The notes under the pieces were generated by a model, which was given only the letters and a program-made list of their open reading frames with translations, searched no databases and was not told the DNA's origin. Source: Candidatus Thorarchaeota archaeon (GTDB lineage Archaea; Asgardarchaeota; Thorarchaeia; Thorarchaeales; Thorarchaeaceae). From it: DNA of 12,656 bases. Location of the stretch: positions 1 to 12,656 of the forward strand of contig JAEOTX010000008.1 in assembly GCA_016839605.1 (NCBI GenBank), in the 5' to 3' direction. The position numbers and the translations under genes are program-made. Every line of letters starts with the position of its first letter. Positions within the stretch are counted from its first letter, which is position 1. This document shows, piece by piece, positions 8,018-12,656 of the stretch.

Positions 8018-9025
8018 CTATAACACAAGCAGGAAAACTGCACCAAATGCAATAATTGCCTGCAGCAATATCAACAGAGCAACGTTTCTTTCTTCAGTGA
8101 TGTTTTTTGAAAGGTGAGGTAGCATCCAATACATTGTGAATGGTCCTACTACCTTGAGAGTCCCATCCTCTCTAGGGCTGGCAAACTTCACATATTCAAT
8201 TCCTTTGTGTCGCACATAGAGCTTGTATATGATGTATAGGAGAAAATTGAGAGCGAATGGTGCGTACAGGAATATGGCAAGTCTATCCATATTTCCCAAT
8301 ATGAGTGCTGCAGCAATGGCCGCCCCCATGGGTAACCTTCCAACGTCTCCAGGCAATATCTTTGCTGGATACCTGTTAAAGATCAGAAATGCAATGGACG
8401 CACCAAGAAGCGCACCTGCCACCACTCCTGAGTCCAAGAGTGCTTGTGTAGTTTCGGTTCCATCGATAAGCGACAGGAGCAGCACATAAAGAATCAAGGC
8501 TGCAGAGTTGATAGCCGAGAGGCCTGCCTCCAAGCCATTCATTCCACCATACATATTGGTTGAATCAATGATGAAAGTCGTCATCAGCGGAATGACAACT
8601 AGTGGATAGAGAACACCAAAGTCAACAGTTCCGACTAGTGGAATGGACATCGTTGTTGTACCCTCCTGCATCACCATCATTGGGATAGCTGCAAGCATAG
8701 GAAGTACAATCTTGGTCCGATTCTTGAAATCGAGAGTGTCATCCAAAAGTCCAATCATTCCAGCCAGGAGTATCGAGACCAGTGCGGCTAGAAGTCCAGT
8801 ATCAACTTCTTGCCCCTGAAAAGTTGTGATTCCTATCACAATCAGCAAAGAGGTTACCAACGCAAACAGAACTACGAATCCGCCTCCTTTCGCTACCTCC
8901 GGTTTGTCGGGCTTGTGGACATCTATCCCCATTATGCCCTTTTCCTTCAGTAGTCTGATGGTGTTTGGCAATGCAAGGACTACTATTGCGAATGCAAGAA
9001 TGATGACTATGAGGACTGTTAACAA
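8018..9025 (-). CDS. aglH: UDP-GlcNAc:dolichyl-phosphate GlcNAc-1-phosphotransferase (AglH/Alg7/DPAGT1-like, PNPT superfamily)
   Basis: Polytopic hydrophobic protein with G.DVHKP..P.VA..GG, GLLDD, NMYGGMNGLEAG and FNRYPAKILPGDVG. TTG start with AAGGAGA upstream. Confidence 0.85.
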   Translation of the reverse strand: MLTVLIVIILAFAIVVLALPNTIRLLKEKGIMGIDVHKPDKPEVAKGGGFVVLFALVTSLLIVIGITTFQGQEVDTGLLAALVSILLAGMIGLLDDTLDFKNRTKIVLPMLAAIPMMVMQEGTTTMSIPLVGTVDFGVLYPLVVIPLMTTFIIDSTNMYGGMNGLEAGLSAINSAALILYVLLLSLIDGTETTQALLDSGVVAGALLGASIAFLIFNRYPAKILPGDVGRLPMGAAIAAALILGNMDRLAIFLYAPFALNFLLYIIYKLYVRHKGIEYVKFASPREDGTLKVVGPFTMYWMLPHLSKNITEERNVALLILLQAIIAFGAVFLLVL

Positions 9026-9062
9026 TTCGGGCTTTTCTCCTTTGCCGGCTCATCTATACTTC

Positions 9063-9077
9063 TTTTTACACCTTTCG
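9063..9077 (-). promoter_or_regulatory. Putative BRE/TATA promoter of aglH
   Basis: Minus strand reads CGAAA-GG-TGTAAAAA. Confidence 0.4.
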
Positions 9078-9112
9078 GATAGAAGAATGCAGTGGTACAA
9101 CGATTCGCATGA

Positions 9113-9127
9113 CGAAACCTATTTAAC
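9113..9127 (+). promoter_or_regulatory. Putative BRE/TATA promoter of the ribophorin-like gene
   Basis: CGAAA-CC-TATTTAAC. SD GGTGAT at 9200-9205 precedes TTG 9211. Confidence 0.55.
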
Positions 9128-9210
9128 GAATCCAGAGGTTCGAGCGCATCGTTCGCGGCCTATCTAGTAGACACTATACCGCGGACCCCATTGATTCACG
9201 GTGATCTGGA

Positions 9211-12189
9211 TTGAGCCTGCTGCATAGAAGAATAGGGACAATTGCGATAATGACGCTCTTCCTAACAAGTAGCGTCCTAGCTATGATTCCCTTAACAGGA
9301 ACTTGGGATTCTGATAATCTGGCTCACGATGCAACGCGGCTAAGCTCAGTGGCTGAGTCCACGAATAGTCTATCAATTTCATTTACGGACAGACACTATG
9401 GAGCTGCTGACGGGATTATTGACCCGTGGGAGTATGCATCTAACTTCACAGATTCTGTGACAGGAATAACAGCATACATGGAACATAATGGTACGACACT
9501 CTATCTCGGGCTAGAGGCTCCAACTTCTGGCTGGATTGGTGTAGGCTGGCAGAACTATACTGACAGTTTCACCACAGCTGGTCTGAACAATAGCGATCTA
9601 ATCTACGGATATTCACCTGGGACTCCGTCAGATGCAGTCCTGAGGGCTATTGGCACTGACTCTGTCACCGTTCACTATATACTGACTCTCCCCAATGGTA
9701 CAGAATTTCAGGAGGGTGATTACCCAAACGATGAATCATCAGAGCAGTTAGCTGCTCTCCCCTCGCTTGTGATGTACCGAGAGTCGATATTCGGTATGAG
9801 GATCGGAGAGGTGCGTAATTTCATCATTCCTGCGGTAGAGGCTTACAATGATCCAACCCACGATCTCTACGGACTTGACCTTGAGTATGACATAACTCTT
9901 ACTAGAATCACAAGAGATGCGCTGACCTATACAGACAATCCTGCTGACGAAAGTCAAATCGTCTATAGTGATGAGCATGGTGTGAGCACACTCCAACATG
10001 TTGCAGATGGCAATCAAGACAGAATACTGTCTGCAAATGCATCAGATGACGGTACCACCACTCAACTGGAGTACATCATTGCGATGAATAGTACTGATTC
10101 TGATGACATACCGCTCTTCAATAGCACCGATATCATGTACCCATTCTTCTTTATGTACGGCAATACAGAGGACACTGCTAAGCTTCCAGCTCAACGTACT
10201 CATTGGTCCGCGGCGCCAAAGTTTAAGCTGGTTCCAAACACAGGACCCACTATTATCGTAGTAAGTCCTACCTCGGGAGAGTCCCTTGCATGGGTTGCAA
10301 CTCTCGAGGTCAACGCAACCGACAATACTCGAGTAAAAAATGTCCAATACCGATTTGATGATGAAGAATCATGGACTGATATGGTATACAATAGTGAAAC
10401 CACCTTCTGGGAAGATCGCTTGGACTTAACAAGCTACGATGAAGGCTTCCATACTATCTGGTTCAACGCCACAGATCCAACTAATACAACCAGCATAGTC
10501 TCTGTTGACATAAACTTGGAACGCCCATTCATTCCTCTGCTTGGCATGCAGATTGATGTGGAAAGAAGAATAGGCACAGAGTCCTACATGAGGACTAGTG
10601 TACAGGACAAGTTCACCATTACAAACAACGGGTCATCTGTGATTTCTGCAATGGAAATGTATCTCCCAGTGAAGTGGGCGTCGAACCTCCTCACGGTGAC
10701 CGCAGTCGATATAGACGGAAATTCCATGGAGGTAGTACGACTTGAAGACCAGAATGGAATGATACGCTGGCGCCTTCTTTTCCAGAAAACAATCAACTAT
10801 GGCCAAGCCTATACTTTCACTACGACCATGCAGATGCACTCTCTAAACACTCTGACGCACACTACAAACAAGGAATATGACTTCACATTCCTAAAATTCC
10901 CAGTAGTTCCTTATGTCATCAGAGAAGCAGCTCTTGCCATAATTTACAGGACAGGTGACTCACAGTCCCCTGACTATCCCTCTCCAGACACTACTGCAAC
11001 AAATCTAGAGCCACTCACCATTGAAGAGTTCACTAATGCGTTTAGATCCTTCACACCACACCTCGTAGCTGATCGAACAACGGTGATCCGAGTAGATCCT
11101 TGGGGCTGGCTATCATATAAGGAAACAATTCGCGTTAGCAACATTGGTTTGTCACCTGAGAGTCTGATAGGAATCGACCTGCCTGCCTATGCTACGAATA
11201 TCAAAATCTATGACCGAGTTGGCTTGCTGGTCCAATCACATCAAGCGATAACCGGCGAGTGGAATGAGTCTAGGCATATAGGCATTGCACTCTTGGAAGA
11301 CAGGTTTGGACCAGAACAGTTCAAGCCAGGATTTTCCTACGAGTTCAACCTAGAATATGTGGTTCAGATCAACCCGTATGAGGAACTCGCAGAAGGTGGT
11401 AACCTTCTCGATGTTCCAATGGGTACGCTGAATGAGATTCTCATAGAGCACCATTGTGTTGATCTAGTTCTGCCCTATTCTGTGAATACGCTGAGTGTTT
11501 CTGGGGAATACAGACTATTACATGGCGTGTTCGACACCACTCTGAGATATGATGTGTACAATACGACCAACTTCAACCCAGCAGAAATCCAGCTCTTGTA
11601 TCAGGTATCCCTCATCATCACAGCAAGGCCACTCACCCTCACTGCAATTGTAGGTCTTATAGCTCTTGCTTATGTTTCCTACAGGGGAGTACGTCTAGGC
11701 ATTGAAGGAGGAGAGTTTGATGAGGAAGATGTTACCGTGGAAGATCAGAGACAGACAGGAGCTCCACCAGAGCTTCTTCGAGAATTTGCAAATCTCTACT
11801 CGAGGAAGACCGCTCTGAATATGGACCTTGAGAAATTGGAGGCTGCAAGACGGCGAGGTAAGGTCAAGAAGCGGGAGTTCATGATTCGAGAACGTGACAT
11901 AAAGTCCCAGCTCGATAAGATTGACTCAGGTCTGCCAAAGGTGAAAGAAGAACTATCAGGTCACGGTGCAAGATATCGCGATATGGTGTCTCAGCTTGAG
12001 CTTCATAATGAGAGGATTGAAGGTGCTAAAGCAGGTCTTCGTCAGTTGCTGCTCCGGAAAAAGAAACAGAGAATCAGTCGAGTTGCCTTTGAGAAGTCTC
12101 GTCAGGACTATCTAAAGACAATTCAGAAGGCGACAAGCGCAATTGACCGCACTCTACTTACCATCCAAGAGGAAGCCGGAGACCTTTAG
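9211..12189 (+). CDS. Ribophorin I (Ost1/RPN1)-like type I membrane protein with N-terminal DOMON-like, FKBP-type PPIase and Ig-like domains
   Basis: Signal peptide aa1-~24. DOMON-like aa~66-135 plus ~248-335. FKBP-like aa~145-234. Ig-like aa~343-437. Ribophorin-like aa~447-805 (DVERRI, PY, IRVDPWG...KETI, LPAYATNIKIYDRVG, RF...PGFSYEFNLEY). TM aa~807-824. Charged helical tail. Confidence 0.75.
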   Translation: MSLLHRRIGTIAIMTLFLTSSVLAMIPLTGTWDSDNLAHDATRLSSVAESTNSLSISFTDRHYGAADGIIDPWEYASNFTDSVTGITAYMEHNGTTLYLGLEAPTSGWIGVGWQNYTDSFTTAGLNNSDLIYGYSPGTPSDAVLRAIGTDSVTVHYILTLPNGTEFQEGDYPNDESSEQLAALPSLVMYRESIFGMRIGEVRNFIIPAVEAYNDPTHDLYGLDLEYDITLTRITRDALTYTDNPADESQIVYSDEHGVSTLQHVADGNQDRILSANASDDGTTTQLEYIIAMNSTDSDDIPLFNSTDIMYPFFFMYGNTEDTAKLPAQRTHWSAAPKFKLVPNTGPTIIVVSPTSGESLAWVATLEVNATDNTRVKNVQYRFDDEESWTDMVYNSETTFWEDRLDLTSYDEGFHTIWFNATDPTNTTSIVSVDINLERPFIPLLGMQIDVERRIGTESYMRTSVQDKFTITNNGSSVISAMEMYLPVKWASNLLTVTAVDIDGNSMEVVRLEDQNGMIRWRLLFQKTINYGQAYTFTTTMQMHSLNTLTHTTNKEYDFTFLKFPVVPYVIREAALAIIYRTGDSQSPDYPSPDTTATNLEPLTIEEFTNAFRSFTPHLVADRTTVIRVDPWGWLSYKETIRVSNIGLSPESLIGIDLPAYATNIKIYDRVGLLVQSHQAITGEWNESRHIGIALLEDRFGPEQFKPGFSYEFNLEYVVQINPYEELAEGGNLLDVPMGTLNEILIEHHCVDLVLPYSVNTLSVSGEYRLLHGVFDTTLRYDVYNTTNFNPAEIQLLYQVSLIITARPLTLTAIVGLIALAYVSYRGVRLGIEGGEFDEEDVTVEDQRQTGAPPELLREFANLYSRKTALNMDLEKLEAARRRGKVKKREFMIRERDIKSQLDKIDSGLPKVKEELSGHGARYRDMVSQLELHNERIEGAKAGLRQLLLRKKKQRISRVAFEKSRQDYLKTIQKATSAIDRTLLTIQEEAGDL

Positions 12190-12258
12190 AATATTTAGTC
12201 ACCTTTCGCAAGTCTTATCATAAGAACCAACAAGTGGATTTCCCCTCGAGGGCTTACT

Positions 12259-12656
12259 ATGAAGGAATTCCTTAATCGCGATGAAGTCAGTGTCCGTGAA
12301 CTCTTGACTCCGAATACTAAGGCATTACAGATGTATCAATATCTTGCAGGATCTCCTAAGGTACAATCATACCTTCGGACAGCGAACAGGATGGCCGTTT
12401 CAAGGCTTGGGTACACTGATCATGGACATGTCCACGCCGAAGTAGCTACGTGGAACGCACTGAAGGCTTTTGACATCCTAGATGAAACATTTCAGCCCAA
12501 CATTGTAGCGGAGGGCATTGGTGACACTGATGATGCAAGACTTGTCATCCTGGCCTCTACATACCTCCACGACATTGGAATGGTTGTCCATAGAACTGAA
12601 CATCCTCAAGCATCATTGTCGTTGGCAATCCCAATTCTTGAACCCAAACTAGTTGA
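12259..12656 (+). CDS. HD-superfamily metal-dependent phosphohydrolase (partial, truncated by window end; probably COG3294-like)
   Basis: Not in the ORF track because it has no stop. Manual translation from ATG 12259: MKEFLNRDEV...ANRMAVSRLGYTDHGHVHA...LASTYLHDIGMVVHRTEH..., open to the last base. Confidence 0.88.
   Translation, partial: MKEFLNRDEVSVRELLTPNTKALQMYQYLAGSPKVQSYLRTANRMAVSRLGYTDHGHVHAEVATWNALKAFDILDETFQPNIVAEGIGDTDDARLVILASTYLHDIGMVVHRTEHPQASLSLAIPILEPKLV

Noticed and set aside
8018-9025. MraY / peptidoglycan synthesis
   Set aside because: It lacks the MraY HHH motif, and the D.HK and NGLEAG motifs plus archaeal context fit AglH/Alg7.
47-10839. Short alternative-frame and antisense ORFs (e.g. 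2685-3224, 4072-4470, 4716-5201, 8826-9167, 10042-10347)
   Set aside because: All overlap well-supported genes and carry no recognisable motifs, so they are shadow ORFs.
9069-12208. 9-bp direct repeat as a target-site duplication of a mobile ribophorin-like gene
   Set aside because: No transposase, integrase or terminal inverted repeats, and the left copy is better explained as a promoter BRE.
12654-12656. Terminal TGA as the stop of the HD gene
   Set aside because: It is out of frame (CTA GTT GA), so the gene continues beyond the window.
1-12656. tRNA, rRNA, C/D-box sRNA or CRISPR array
   Set aside because: Intergenic gaps are at most 185 bp, and no cloverleaf, paired C/D boxes or repeat-spacer periodicity was seen by eye.

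Overview
Gene-dense archaeal chromosome segment, most consistent with an Asgard or related TACK-side lineage (inferred from the RPA32-WH gene, the Topo VI type and a ribophorin-I-like protein). 55-8007 is an informational cluster on the + strand: RPA32-like, aIF2-beta, DUF424, NMD3, aIF1A, Rio1, Dim2/Pno1, Top6B, Top6A. It is interrupted by an inverted DUF134 + NifB/NifX-family pair. From 8018 to the end is an apparent N-glycosylation locus. An AglH/Alg7-type GlcNAc-1-P transferase is transcribed head-to-head with a 992-aa type I membrane protein. That protein reads as: signal peptide, DOMON-like domain split by an inserted FKBP-type PPIase domain, Ig-like domain, ribophorin I (Ost1/RPN1)-like region, TM helix, basic duplicated helical tail. 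An HD-domain gene missing from the ORF track runs off the end. The FKBP/DOMON-ribophorin fusion opposite aglH is the best candidate for an undescribed system (protein folding coupled to N-glycosylation). No tRNA, rRNA, CRISPR array or mobile element was seen. All family calls come from motif recognition by eye; no searches were run.
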